A DNA stretch of 64,000 nt from Eledone cirrhosa (GCA_964016885.1 OZ024755.1:29822001-29886000); one strand, 5' to 3'. Counted from the stretch's first letter, positions 24,137 to 37,349 are shown. A program made the numbers and translations. Notes: generated by a model from the letters alone, not told the origin.

Positions 24137-24859
24137 AGGTTCTACAAACTATAAATAAGGCTTCCAAAACATCGAGGCTACGAAAACAATTCAACAATTG
24201 TATTAGTGAGTAAAGAAATAATGGAGAGAGAATGCGAATAATTAGGTGCGCTGATAACTCATTATAAAATGGTGTTACAAAAATGAACGATTAAAGAAAC
24301 AAAAGATTGTTGCCAGGGAGAGATTGAGATAAAATCACATGTTCTAATCACCACTAGATAATTTGACAGCTATTATTACATTTGATAATTAATAATTAGC
24401 AATCTCAAAATCCGATCGGAAATTGAACTTGAGTATTATTTACGCATGCAAATGGTGGTGAGACAAACCAAACGTCTGCCTTCATAAACACGCACATAAT
24501 GGATACGAACACTCAGTATTTAACTATTACGTATACACAAATAACTGTATATACATACATCAAGATTCGATCAAATACATACATCAAGATTCGATCAAAT
24601 ATATACCATCCTACTCCGCTCAAAATCCTGTCATCTGCACTAAATGCGGCTTGATGTGTAATTCAGCATCTGGACTGAAGTGTTATTTAAGACATAACCA
24701 TGAAAGGACAGTTGAACCCTGATACGCCGATATATGTAAGAAGAATTCATCGTGTGCGTGTGGTCGTTATTATTGCTACGTAATGAGTCTTATTACTCTG
24801 GAGTTCCATCTGTGCATTCACAGAATGATATCTTCTCTGGTGACTAGATGCAGAAGAAC

Positions 24860-25550
24860 TTTTTTTTTTTTTTTTTCGATTTGACATATAATTCTTCGCC
24901 CACTTATTCCTGAGAGGGTCGTGGGGGGGGCAGAGTACTCCAGCAAGACCTGTCAGAAGCAACCGTATCCAACTGATTCGGCTGGGTCCCCAAGCGAAAC
25001 TAGCGAAGCACATGGATGTTATCCAACCATCTTGCTCAGGGTCTACCTCTGGGTCTCCTACCAGTTAATTTCGCCCGTAAAATCTGTCCACCGATTATTT
25101 CTTGAGACATTCTAACCACTTGCCAATAGTATCAGAGCTATGATCTCTCAATTTGGATAAGTAGTGGCACTACCTGGAGTGACTCTCCGATTTCCAAGCT
25201 ACGCACTCTATCGAGTAACATTACTCGAAAGACCCTTCGAATTAATCTAATTTCGGCTGCGTATATTCGCGATCGTATTCTTTCGGTCATTACCCAAGAT
25301 TCATGATCATAGGTAAGGGTTGGCACTAATACCGAAGATGGCGAGTTTGACTTTGACACCTACCTCACTTCTGATTACTAAATGCTGAAGCTGGTGCATT
25401 ACTGCACCAGCTTTTGCAATTCTTGCACTTAATTCAGACTCCGGCCTTCCATCACTCGTGAACGCGGCCCCGAAATACCTGAACTTCTCTGTCTGCTTCA
25501 GTGGAACTCCATTTACATGTAGAGTGCACTGTGTATCCCGAGACCCCAAA
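24860..25550 (-). mobile_element. RTE-clade LINE 3' fragment (RT C-terminal part), frameshifted
   Basis: VNGVPLKQTEKFRYFG...ELSARIAKA; LTYDHESWVMTERIRSRIYAAE; an R-x-x-G-R-P..W-type C-terminus; poly(A) on the minus strand at 24860-24876. Confidence 0.85.
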
Positions 25551-25786
25551 GTGTGTTCGGAAAAGAGCAAACCTTGACAACGGGAAACTGGAACATCACA
25601 TCCCTTACAAGTAAGGAACGGTTATTTGTGGAGGAGATTAAGTGCTACCGGCCACATATAGTCGGGGTTTCCTCAACAAAGTTCCATGTTTATGATACTG
25701 TAGATTTGGATGGAAGATGGATACTCTACAATCCAGGTGTGGCGCCAGAAATTACTGAACAGGTGAGAGTGGGGACACTCACATAA
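25551..25786 (+). mobile_element. RTE-clade APE endonuclease N-terminal fragment, inverted relative to the adjacent RT piece
   Basis: TGNWNITSL...LFVEEIKCYRPHIVGVSSTK matches the APE motifs WN(V/I)xxL and DIxGxxE/ST. Confidence 0.75.
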
Positions 25787-26442
25787 AGAAATTTATGTTA
25801 TTCAATATGATTTTTCAATGGATTTCACTAAATTCTGTGGATGAATCTATATCCTGATTCTCTTTGAGTTGAGTTTGAATTATTTTTCCCATAGTCACTT
25901 ATATATTATGGAATAATACTGTTGGCTTTTTGCTATACCTTTCATTTATATTTATATATTTTTTTGCCCGTTAAACTTTTGCCTTTCTTTATATGAATAC
26001 CAATAGTTGCAGCCGTGATTTAATAAGTACAGTATGACTGCCCAGTATGTGTAATACACTGTAGTATAAATGGTGTCGAAGCAAAAGAGAGATCTTATAG
26101 ACAACTGAGAGGATAGGTATTTAGTTGATCTTTTGAAAAGATAGCATAATGTTAAAAGAGCATAATTTCAGAATTCTAGTGATTCAGATTATATTTTTAT
26201 TTAAAGGTTTTTATATTTTTTCGAGTACTAATGTTTTTTGTTATCTTAATGTTATCAAACAAAAAATAAAATTTAATACTCAAATTTAAGAACTCGTAAT
26301 TTTTAAGTTTCATGATCATTTCACCATTTTCAGACCATAGCCATTTGCTCACAGATTTATGTATCTTATCTCCTATGGTTAATTCAGCCTAATTTTGGCA
26401 ACATGTGCTCTCAAGAGAAAAAAAAACAAAAAAACTCCATCA

Positions 26443-26766
26443 TTGGCAGTATCGGTAGAGGGTCGGACGCCATGCTTTGCAGCATAGAGTTACGCCCCTT
26501 TACGGACTGTGTTCAAATCGCACTGAGGTTAACTTTACCTTTCATCCTTACAGGGTCGATAAAATAAAACACCAGTAATGTACTGGGTTAATTGCTGGCC
26601 TTGTGCCAAAAGTAGAAACAATTATTGACATAATGAATTGTCAGTGTCGGTAGAGGGTTGGACGCTATGCTTTGCAGCATAGAGTTACGCCTCTTTACGG
26701 CCTGAATAAAGTACCAGTAAAACACTGGGATAATTGCTGGCCTTGGCCCAAAGGTAGAAACAATTA
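26443..26766 (+). mobile_element. Two tandem SINE family A copies (second internally deleted)
   Basis: Consensus match. Confidence 0.88.
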
Positions 26767-26942
26767 TTACTTATAATTAATTACAAAATCCATTTTCATG
26801 TCAGAATTCCTAATTACAATATAGGTAACTACTGGCCGATTAATCGGAAATATCGGTAATCGGCCAGTTTGGTTATCGGTATTTCTCTAACATATATATA
26901 GACACCCACACGCACACACATATACATATTATATATCTATAT

Positions 26943-27075
26943 TATGTATGTATGTATGTATGTATGTATGTATGTATGTATGTATGTATGTATGTATGTA
27001 TGTATGTATGTATGTATGTATGTATGTATGTATGTATGTATGTATGTATGTATGTATGTATGTATGTATGTATGT
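26943..27075. repeat. (TATG)n microsatellite, about 33 perfect units
   Basis: Direct reading. Confidence 0.97.
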
Positions 27076-27684
27076 GTGTGTGAGAATGTGTGTGAATGTG
27101 TGTATATGTGTGTGAATGTGTGTGAATGTGTGTATATGTGTGTGAATGTGTGTATATGTGTGTGAGTGTGTGTATGTGTATCCGTATGTGTGGTAGTATT
27201 GTGCGTGTGTGTGTGTTTGAGTGATTGTGGTAGTGCGAGTGTGGTAGTGTGCGTGCGTGCGTGTGTGTGCATATATGTATGTGTTTGTAATAGAGTGAGT
27301 GAGTGAGTGAGTGAGTGTGTGTGTGCGCGCATATGAGTTTGTGGTAGTGTGTGCATGTATACCTGGATGTATACCTGTATATAAGTATATAAAATTTATT
27401 GACTTTGAATATTGGCTCAATTCAGAAAATAATTTGCGAAGTAAACTAAATTGATTTAATCGACTCTCCTTTATAACTGATACTTATTTCTATTTCTGGA
27501 AGAAGGCAGAGCAGATCGATATTGGCTGGATTTCACTTAGAGCATAATGATACTTAAGAGTATAGAAATGTGTGATAGGTATATTTGAAGGTAGGCATCT
27601 GACTTTTTTAACAACCACATAGGTTTTAAATGTCCATGTTAGCTTAAATTCCCAGTTCCATTTTGTGACAATCATTGGCAACTT

Positions 27685-27836
27685 TGTGTGTGAGTGAGTG
27701 TGAGTGTGTGTGAGTGTGAGTGTGAGTGTGAGTGTGAGTGAGTGTGTGTGAGTGAGTGAGTGAGTGAGTGAGTGAGTGAGTGAGTGAGTGAGTGAGTGAG
27801 TGAGTGAGTGAGTGAGTGAGTGAGTGAGTGAGTGTG
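27685..27836. repeat. (GTGA)n microsatellite
   Basis: Direct reading. Confidence 0.95.
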
Positions 27837-27865
27837 TACCCCCCACTCTCAAGCGTGAAACTAAT

Positions 27866-27996
27866 AATAATTGTTTCTACTTTAGGCACAAGACCAGCAA
27901 TTATCCAGTACATTACTGGTACTTTATTTTATCGACCCCGTAAGGATGAAAGGCAAAGTTAACCTCGGCGGGATTTGAACTCAGATCATAAAGGGA
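27866..27996 (-). mobile_element. 5'-truncated SINE family A with TSD
   Basis: Consensus 3' part, flanked by GAAACTAATAA on both sides. Confidence 0.88.
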
Positions 27997-28019
27997 AACT
28001 AATAAAAATAACATTTGTA

Positions 28020-28118
<99 letters not shown>

Positions 28119-28119
28119 C
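28020..28119. repeat. (TGCC)n microsatellite
   Basis: About 24 units. Confidence 0.97.
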
Positions 28120-28441
28120 GTGTGCGTGTGCGTGTGTGTGTGTGTGCGTGTGCGTGTGCGTGTGCGTGCGTGTAAGTGTGAGTGTGTGTGAGTGTGTGTG
28201 TGTGTGTGTTTTAAAAACTGTAAGTGCCTTCAACCTACTCTTGGTTCTCAAGACGGTATATATTGTTGACTTCGTCTAGTGACGTTGAAACTCGATATTT
28301 CCGACAGATCAAATAATATTTTCTGTTTCGTTTTCTTTGCATCTTTATGTTTCCGAAAATAGTCATTTTTCCATCCATATCTTAAAGAGCGGAAATATTG
28401 TAATTTATCTATTTCCGGGTTTGGTTTTTTTTTTTTTTTTT

Positions 28442-28614
28442 TTTTTTTAAATCAAAATTGTTGAGAGATGTGATGTTCATAGAAGGGACCTTTGTTATTT
28501 TTTAAATCAAAATTGTTGAGAGATGTGATGTTCATAGAAGGGACCCGAATTTGTTATTTTTTAAATCAAAATTGTTGAGAGATGTGATGTTCATAGAAGG
28601 GACCCGAATTTGTT
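28442..28614. repeat. Tandem triplication of a 55-59-bp unit
   Basis: ttttaaatcaaaattgttgagagatgtgatgttcatagaagggacc x3. Confidence 0.95.
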
Positions 28615-28784
28615 GTTTACGAAATCTTAGTCATATAAACCTGTTCCAGTTTCTCCGATATTTTTTTTTCTTTGCATTGTGGCCATGTAGCACGATAGAT
28701 CAAGTCGGTTGATTTGCTTTCTGTACAATATTTCTATATATATTATATATATTATATATATATATATATAGTATATATCATTAT

Positions 28785-28907
28785 CAATTCAATATACATC
28801 TAGATCGTTCATCAGACAGAGATGAAAGGTCTCGATGTGTATTAATATTGGGTAGGGTCCTGAAACCTTTGGTAATGGAGTAATTATATATTGTGTTGTT
28901 CACTTTC

Positions 28908-28912
<5 letters not shown>
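28785..28912 (+). mobile_element. Family P3 copy with an inverted 5' part (split hammerhead)
   Basis: gggtcctGAAACCTTTGGTAatggag plus the family tail on +. The CTCTGTCTGATGAACG half lies on the minus strand at 28801-28821. Confidence 0.7.
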
Positions 28913-28954
<42 letters not shown>

Positions 28955-28962
<8 letters not shown>

Positions 28963-29464
28963 ATGCTTTGGGAGGGTCATCTTGCCAATAAGAAACACAC
29001 GCACCAGTTGCTTTCACTTCAATTTATTATAAATTAAATTCATAAATTTAGGAATTTATAAATTTCCGGTTGGTTGGTTGGTTCCACAACCAGACGATTG
29101 TTCATATATTGTCAAAGTTCTTTCGTCACATATTCTGTGACCTCTTCAGTGACTGGGGATTCTTTTCTTTGTTTTTGTGCCTCTCCTTTGTTCTGTCCTA
29201 CGCCATCTTGTTTTTACCCAGTCACTGAAGAGGTCACAGAATGTGTGACGAAAGAACTCTGTTCACTATATGAACAATCGTCTGGTTGTGGAACCAACCA
29301 ACCAACCAACCGTAAATTTATAAATTTAATTTATAATAAATTGAAGTGAAAGCAACTGGTTCGTGTGTTTCTTATTGGCAACATGACCCTCCCAAAGTAT
29401 AACAATATCGGTTTCAACACACGTTTTCAGATAAAGAATCTTGCTAAACAAATTCAGAAACGAC
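28955..29464 (+). mobile_element. Fold-back element family P4 (about 200-bp arms, about 60-nt spacer, unpaired 3' tail) in (TA)n
   Basis: 28955-29157 is reverse-complementary to 29217-29408, with (TA)n on both sides. Relatives at 35100-35417, 10808-10866, 20100-20305 and 30735-30760. Confidence 0.88.
29111..29153 (-). ncRNA. Minimal type-I hammerhead motif (mirror copy on + at 29221-29261)
   Basis: GTCA-CTGAAGA-G-GTCACA(GAATA)TGTGAC-GAAAG-AA-CTT-TGAC. 4-bp stem I, 6-bp stem II, 2-bp stem III. The + copy has a CUC triplet. Confidence 0.65.
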
Positions 29465-30459
29465 ATATATATATATATATATATATATATACACTGTATA
29501 TATTATTATTATTCAAGTATCTCTAGCTGAACCTCATCAGCCTTGTCCAAATCTAATTTCCTCTCATCCTACATACTCTCGCTTGCTGTAAATTTGATTG
29601 CTACATTCCTAAAATTTGCTGAAGAGTTATCGCCATTCATCGGACTAGTGTCTATTATTTCTTATAATTCTTTGTTTGTCATGGTGTGTGTGCGTGCGTG
29701 CGTACTCGCGTGCGTGCGCCTGCGTGCGCCTGCGAGAGAGGCGAGAGATGGAGAGAGAGAGGCGAGAAATGGAGAGAGAGAGGCGAGAAATGGAGAGAGA
29801 GAGAGAGAGAGAGCGATTGAGAGAGAGAGAGAGAGAGAGAGAGAAAGGCATACAGATAGACAGTCAGCCAGACACACAGATAGACAGTCAGCCAGACACA
29901 CAGACAGATTGAGAAGCACTAAAGATGCAAAATGGCTACTTCGTCATTAGGAGAAGGAGAAAGAAGAAACACAAGAGTAAATAATCATAAGTCATTTAGT
30001 TTGCAAGCTTTGTTTTGTTTGTTTGTTTGTTTGTTTTTTTTTTGTTTTTTTTTGTTGTTGTTTTTTTTTTGGGGGGGGGGGGCGCTATAATGGCGGACAA
30101 TGCCTTGCGGTATTGTTTCTGGATCGTTACGTTTTCAGTTCAAAACCTGCCGGGGTAAACGTTGCATTTCATCCTTCCAGGGTCAATAAAATATAGTAAC
30201 TGTTATATTTGGGGCGGTTCATGTTATTCTAATATTAATATTGCCAAAAGAATATAGTAAAACACACTCACTGTTGGCTTTGGTTTTCGCTTCAGTGTAT
30301 CTTTATATTTCTATAAATAATTTAGCTGGCAATCAAGTATTGATAGTGATAGGGGTTATTATTAAGGGGTGGTCGATGCGGAATGAGAGAAAATTAGATA
30401 TGTACATAAATTAAACTACTCACAACGTTCGTCACAAGTATGAAAATACACTCTTCACA

Positions 30460-30707
30460 GGTACAATGTGTCCGAACACGGAAGAGCCGAACTCACACAG
30501 TCATCGCCCCCATCTCTCTCGCCCTCTCCATCTCTCTGTACAGTGAGCTAATGGGGTACCACGTGCTGGCCGCCTCACAGCCCCGGCAGATAGAATGGAG
30601 AAGGCGTTTCCCCGGAGGATGGTAAGGCAGTTGTGCTGGAAGAGCCATTCCATCTCGCAAGGCTCACACCTGCCGCTGGCCAGCTCAGCGCCTATGGTGG
30701 TGAGCAT
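30460..30707 (-). mobile_element. CRE-like non-LTR retrotransposon 3' end
   Basis: WLFQHNCLTILRGNAFSIL resembles the CRE-clade C-terminal motif (L-x-QR-x-S-x-A-x-x-RGNA). Second copy at 56884-57036. Confidence 0.65.
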
Positions 30708-33700
30708 TGATTGACCAACAGTTATAAATATAGCTTCTCAGAGTTCTTTCGTCACACATATCTACGATGTCACAGAAATATCTAGCAAAGAGTTTGATAC
30801 CCCTATTGGTTGTTAATGGACCATTACAGAACGAGATAAAATTACACTGTGATGATTTTATTTACCTCTTCCAGGACTACAGAAAAAAAAATTTAAGGGC
30901 TAAAATTTAGATTCAGTTTCATTGGGAAGGGGAAACAAAAGAGGGATAATTCTATTCCTAGCCATGATAGATCTCTTGCAGCTAGCGTTCTCAAATGATT
31001 CAGTGTCGTTTTTCGACCCTCGGATGAATTTAATGCCACGTAGAAGAAAATGATTCATATTTTGACCGGAAACTTAACGAAACCTCTGCAGCAAATTTGA
31101 TCTCCCGACCAATAAGTAGTTAGTCCCGTATAATATCTTATACTTTCAACTATATCGCCTCAACATCCTTATACAACGATGGAATAAAAAAGTAAATTAA
31201 ATAACTCTCCAAAACTTGAAAATAGCAGATAACCGTCGCGTTGAACTTTTATATGGATAAAGGAAATTTCCCACAAAGAATGAGGTTAAAATAGCCGCCA
31301 TGTAACTCAGTTGTTGATATATATTTATTACAGATTTTTCAGTTGTTGATATATATTTGTTACAGATTTTTCAAAAGGGAAGATTTAAGTAACAATATGT
31401 AAATGTATTGTGTGACTAACATTATGTCTGTTGGATATCATTACAGCGATTGTATTCGAAGAGAACTATCAAACATTGCATTAAGATAGTCTGCTTGCGT
31501 TTAATGAAATATATTTACATACAATTCATTGCATTATTGCTGAAAAGGTTAAAATGCAATTGTGTTTATTTGATGGATGATGGCAGCTATTTTCTAATGC
31601 ATTTTTTTTTTTTGTATTTTTGTGGGGTGGGGGTTTGCTTTTTTTTTCTTACCAGTTCATCATTGGGCATGTGAAAAACGAAATATGTTCGATCTCTGTA
31701 GTTTGTATTGGTTTTATAGGTAAACGAATGTTAGTTTACTCAATCTTGGTGTTTGCCGTTTTAATCAATAGTCATGATTTGGTAGATTCTTTATTTAAGG
31801 AAGTCTGTTATGATAATCGATAAGCCAGGAAAAGCTTTAGTTAAATCCAAAAGAAATACCATTTATAGAAACATCACCAAAACCCTTATAGCTATTTTCG
31901 AAGTTAGAGATTATATACACATATTTTATTTGAAACACGCATTTAATAATCAATTTTAACATTAAAATGTAACAATTTTGGTAAATTACATAATTTACAA
32001 GGTCACATTAGCAATGCTACTTTATCAAAGGTTGAATCTTTTGCCACCAGGTTATAATGTAAAGACATCGCTTTCTGAATGAGAGGTGTCATGATGTTTT
32101 TACCATCAGGAATTTTGTTTCATGGAGCGTATTTAGTGAAAATGATGATATATGAATTGATACCGCTTCTTAAACGCGACTTTCCTTACGTTTATTTGTG
32201 TGTGATCAGCGATGCTTATTTTTCTTCAACTACTTTTGTTCGATGTATTTATAATTACGTAATGTATGACGAATATATTATCGTTTGGAACATAAATGCT
32301 GGACTGTCCGGTTACTTATGACTCACTCTGTAGAGATTAGTGTTTCGTTAGTTTGTACATGTGAGTTATATTCCAATTCTAGTCCCTAGACGCTGTCAAC
32401 TTTGTTCTGTCCAGGGGGTTTATGCCAAATTTGTTAGACTATTTGTCATAGTCAAAACAAACATCTTACAGAGGTTACGTAACAATGCTTCACTTAATAC
32501 GATGTACAACCTGCAAGCCATCGATCCATATACGTATGGTCTCGCTTTGTTGAGGATTTTCCATTTGATGTTGTAGGGACGACCATATATAATGAAATTA
32601 TTAAGGGAAAGAAGGTGCAGATATGTACTATGTAGTGGGGGGTGGATAAGAGAAAAGAACAGAAATTTTGAAAGGTAGAACGCTGTATCGAAATTTTCAT
32701 TGCAGTTGTTTTGGAATATTGACTATTAGGGTTTGGGTTTTATTCAAATAAACAAACTGAATGTATATATATAGCTATCGGAGGGTGTATAGGATGACTA
32801 GACGGACGAAAAGTAATTCATTTCGTAAGATGATTTTAATATACTCGATATAGACAGTGAAACATTAATTTATGCAAATGAATTTTGAATTATGAATATC
32901 AATAATTATAGACGTGATTTAATTAGTCTTCAATTAGGAGGAAGTGGTTGATAATAGTGTATAATCAATTTATATCTAACTCTCTCGAATACATCGAACC
33001 ACAAAGACATATCCCTAACTACTTAAGTATTATTGAACTGAAGTCAGTATTACGGAAGACTAAATTTGCTATAATTTACAACATAAATTTACAACACAAG
33101 TATGCTAACATAAACTGATTACAGAGTTTGTCAGCGATTTCTGTTAAATGATTATAAGGGTTTTGTTAACAGGTTCACTTACTAAAATTGATCAATAAAA
33201 TTTCCGGAACTCTGAGACAAAGAACTTTCTAGGAAATGGTTTAATTTAGATAACTGAAATAATAACAATTATTAAAGAAATCGCTTAAAACCTTTCTTGT
33301 TATAAAATCATCTAGCCTATATTAGTGCCCTATGGTAGAGACCAGATAGCTGACTAAACTAGGAGACAAATAAAGAAGTCAATTCCAGCCTTTAATGTTT
33401 CTAGGGTTAATAAATAAATTCGCAATCCAGTACTAGGGCCAGTTGATTTCACTTTCTCTCTTTCATCTCTCCCTCTTTCATATTATTTCTCTCTCTATCT
33501 CTCTCTCATTCTGTTGGAGTCAGCCTCGTGTTTATGTGAAGGAGACCATTCAGAATATATCTTTTTTCCAAAAGCGATCATTTGTGCTTGGGGTTGCCAA
33601 CCACTCCTAGAAGAATTGATATGCTACTGCCCAAAGACAACCCCCATTATTAATATAGAATAACCCCTGTCTGTAAAATGAAAATGACTGTATAACCTGG

Positions 33701-33899
33701 TATGATATTCATACATATGTAGATATATACATAGATATTAGGACTTATATATTAATATGAATAGTTTTGCATATTTATACGCATATCTTCCTATATAATA
33801 TAGTATGAATACTATTGTATATTATGTATATACAATATATAATGTCTGTGTGTGTGTGTGTGTGTGTATATATTGGGGTAATTATATATATATATCAGA

Positions 33900-34090
33900 T
33901 ATGGTGTGGTAAAAACCAGCTAGATCATAACCCACCAGAGTACTCAATACTTGGGGTAATAGAGTGGGTAATATGAAAAGATTCAGGACACCGACGGCTG
34001 AGCTCCATCCGTTTCGACAACTAGATCCGAACTCAGAGTTCAGATCTAGCTGTCGAAACGGCTGGAGCTCAGCCGTCGGGTTGCTGAATC
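33900..34090 (-). mobile_element. Fold-back element family P1 in (TA)n
   Basis: Palindrome ccgacggctgagctcca.ccgtttcgaca.ctagatc / gatctagctgtcgaaacggctggagctcagccgtcgg plus the family tail. Confidence 0.8.
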
Positions 34091-34500
34091 TATCTATATA
34101 TATATATATATCTATATATATATCTATATATCTATATATCTATATATCTATATCTATCTATATCTATCTATATCTCTATATATATATCTCTATATCTCTA
34201 TATATATATATATATATCTCTATATATCTATATCTCTATATATATATCTATATCTATCTATATATATATATCTATATCTATCTATATATATATATCTATA
34301 TCTATATCTATCTATATATCTATCTATATATCTATCTATATATCTATATATATATCTATATATATATATCTATATATATCTATATCTATATATATATATC
34401 TATATCTATATATATCTATATATATATATATATATCTATATCTATATATATCTATATATATATATCTATATATATATCTATATCTATATATATATATATA
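34090..34500. repeat. (TA)/(TATC) compound microsatellite
   Basis: Direct reading. Confidence 0.95.
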
Positions 34501-34636
34501 TTGAAAAATAAGCCAAATACTGCTAACTATATTACATTTTAATTTACATGGGTTTCATCCTTAATATTAAGAGCTTAATCTGTATATATACATATGTATG
34601 TATATACGCACAGACTCACAGGCACACATACATGCT

Positions 34637-34688
<52 letters not shown>

Positions 34689-35058
34689 TGTGTGTGTGTG
34701 TGTGAGCATCTATGTGTATGTGTGTGTGTGTGTTAGTATTTATTTTGTTTGCATATTAAGTTAAAGAATATAAATACATTTGTATAAAGAAACCTATATT
34801 ACTTTGAAAGTGTAGCCATCCAGGCATTGTGGAACCAGTTTGATTGACAGGGAAGGAATATATGTCTCTAAATGATATGAAAATTCCTTCCTTATTAAAT
34901 TAAATAATAGCTGAAAACAACCAGAAAACATTTTCCTAACACATTTTCATAAATATACTTACACTTTAGTGATGTGAACCACACACACAAATACACACAC
35001 ACAAACACACACACACAAATACACACACACAAATACACACACACAAATACACACACAC

Positions 35059-35099
<41 letters not shown>

Positions 35100-35100
<1 letters not shown>

Positions 35101-35417
35101 TTCGTTTTTTTAATTTGTCTTCAAAAATTTCTTATCTGAAAACGTGTGTTGAAACAGATATTGTTATGCTGCCAATAAATACACACATGTTAGTTTTCAC
35201 TTCAATTTATTATAAATTTCCGGTTGGCTGGTTGGTTCGATAGCCGGAAAGTTGTTTATATATTGTCAATGCTCTTTCGTTACACATTCTGTGACCTCCT
35301 CAGTGGCTGGGTTTTTATTGAACCAACCAACTAACTGGAAATTTATAATAAATTGAAGTGAAAACCAACAGGTGCGTGTGTTTTTATTGGCAGCATGACC
35401 CTCCCAAAGTATAACAA
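35100..35417 (-). mobile_element. Family P4 copy with a decayed hammerhead at 35265-35307
   Basis: Homologous to 28955-29464. Minus strand reads GCCA-CTGAGGA-GGTCACAGAATGTGTAAC-GAAAGAGCAT-TGAC. Confidence 0.8.
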
Positions 35418-35824
35418 TCCCCTATATATATAGAAGCGAGGATGTGTGTGTGTGTGTGTGTGTGTGTGACTGGACAACTTTGAACAGCTAAGGCTTTTAC
35501 AATTCCCAACAGAATTTGACCAAATTTTCTGTGCACGTTGCACCTGTCGCTAAGATGCTCACATCACAATTTTCAAATTGACCCACGATGAGCAATAAAA
35601 AATCGATAGCAAAATTATTTTTCTAAAGTGTCCTGTTCAGTGTTTTCCTTCATTATCAGCATAGTTTTATGTGTACAAAGATTGCACTAAATATTCGTTT
35701 GCATTAATTATTGAAGACTTCTGCTTATTTTGACAGGTTGGGGACAAATAATTTTCTTTTACTTCCTAGCTGTATATTCTTAGCATAATTTCAAACCCCG
35801 GGCAACGCCGGGTAAATCTGCTAG
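35418..35824 (+). mobile_element. Non-autonomous Helitron (family H2)
   Basis: 5' A|TC..CTATATATATAG, internal (TG)n, 3' hairpin CCCGGGCAACGCCGGG then 8 nt then CTAG|T. Confidence 0.8.
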
Positions 35825-36963
35825 TATATATATATATCAAAATTAAGTGTGAAGAAACTATTTATGGCAGTTCAAAAAAGATAGCTAAAAAAAAATATTC
35901 TATCTAAACTTGCTGATATATAGATCTCCCTACCATGGTTTCATATGAGGACGAATTCTTTTTGGAACCACCAATAATTGAAGAATCCGCCATGCTCTTC
36001 GGGGGATTTTTAATTCTTAAAGAGCTAAGTGAAACTGAACAAGATATCATACATGCTGTTTCATTTGCCAAGGCAGCATGCTGAAATAATAACTCGCGTA
36101 GTGATTCGTTATCACAAGCCCCTAGCAAATTAAGACTACGTGACAAGCTTATAACGGCGCTAAAAATGTCTTTTGGCTGCTACTTCTAGCGATATTCCAG
36201 CTGGCAAGGCTGACACTTGTCGGTGGCCAACTCTATGCTGATGGCGGTGAGTAGGGAGGTGGCCCTAGAACCAAGGACACCAGAAATCTCCAACGTTGTG
36301 GTATTTTATCGGTGTTCTATGATTTATTTTTACTGTTGTCTTTATTTGCTTTGGACACGTTAGGTCTAACCTCCTGTATTACGACAATACTCATCCTTTT
36401 CCATTTTTAGAGGGTTTTAAACCCCAATATATGGCTAAAATTTCTTTAGTCAAAAATACGGCGAAAGCTCCTTTTTCTCCTAAATATTCATGTGTATTTT
36501 TTAATTGTTTTTAGTTGTTTGATGTTTGTTATTGTTTAATTCGATTTCCGTTTTATTAGTTGCAAGGATGTATATCCTTCAATTAGTTTGTTATGATTTA
36601 ATGCTACATTTATATGAGGGTTATTTTCTCTTCAAATTTTATACAAGAATTTTCTCGGTTTCGTTGTGTATTTTGCTGTTTATTTTATTTTCTCTCAATA
36701 GATTGGGACCGTAAAATATACATGTAGAATAGAAACTCATTATTGTCATGCCCATTTATGAATTTTCTGTTTTATTGGCGAAACTTGCGAGATAAATCTG
36801 GCCGAGTCATTAATTAAAGTGTCATAATTTTCATTGGTTTAATTATTGCTGATGGTGGCGTGATTTGCATGCTCCGTCTTTTGTACGTTTTATGGAACAA
36901 GTTCAGTTGTAGGCTCAAATAAATATTTGTAATATATTAATTATGAGAGGACATTATCAGACA

Positions 36964-37349
36964 TTGGCAACAAGTGTCGGACGTCATGCTTTGCAGCATA
37001 GAATTACGTCTCTTTACGGTCTGAGTTCAAATCCCGCCGAAGTTAACTTTGCCTTTCATCCTAACGGGGGTCAATAAAATAAAGTACCAGTAATGCACTG
37101 GGGTAATTGCTGGCCTTGTGCCAAAAGTAGAAACAATCATTTAATTAGCTAAAGGCGGTGGATTGGTAGAATCGGTGGAACGTCAGACACCATACTTTGC
37201 AACATAGAATTAGGGCTCTTTACATTCTGAGTTCAAATCCCACCGGGGTCGATAAAATAAAGTACCAGTAATGCACTGGCGGTAATATAATCGACTTTCC
37301 CTTCCCCCTAAAATTGCTGGCCTTGTGTCTAAAGTAGAAACAATTATTT
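36964..37349 (+). mobile_element. Two tandem SINE family A copies
   Basis: Consensus match (short variant, then long variant). Confidence 0.88.

Noticed and set aside
26822-26888. Small palindrome with CCGAT repeats
   Set aside because: Could be a hAT-like remnant, but it is too short and has no clear TSD.
35920-36300. Possible endonuclease GDFN relic or exon
   Set aside because: The motif appears only after assuming two frameshifts.
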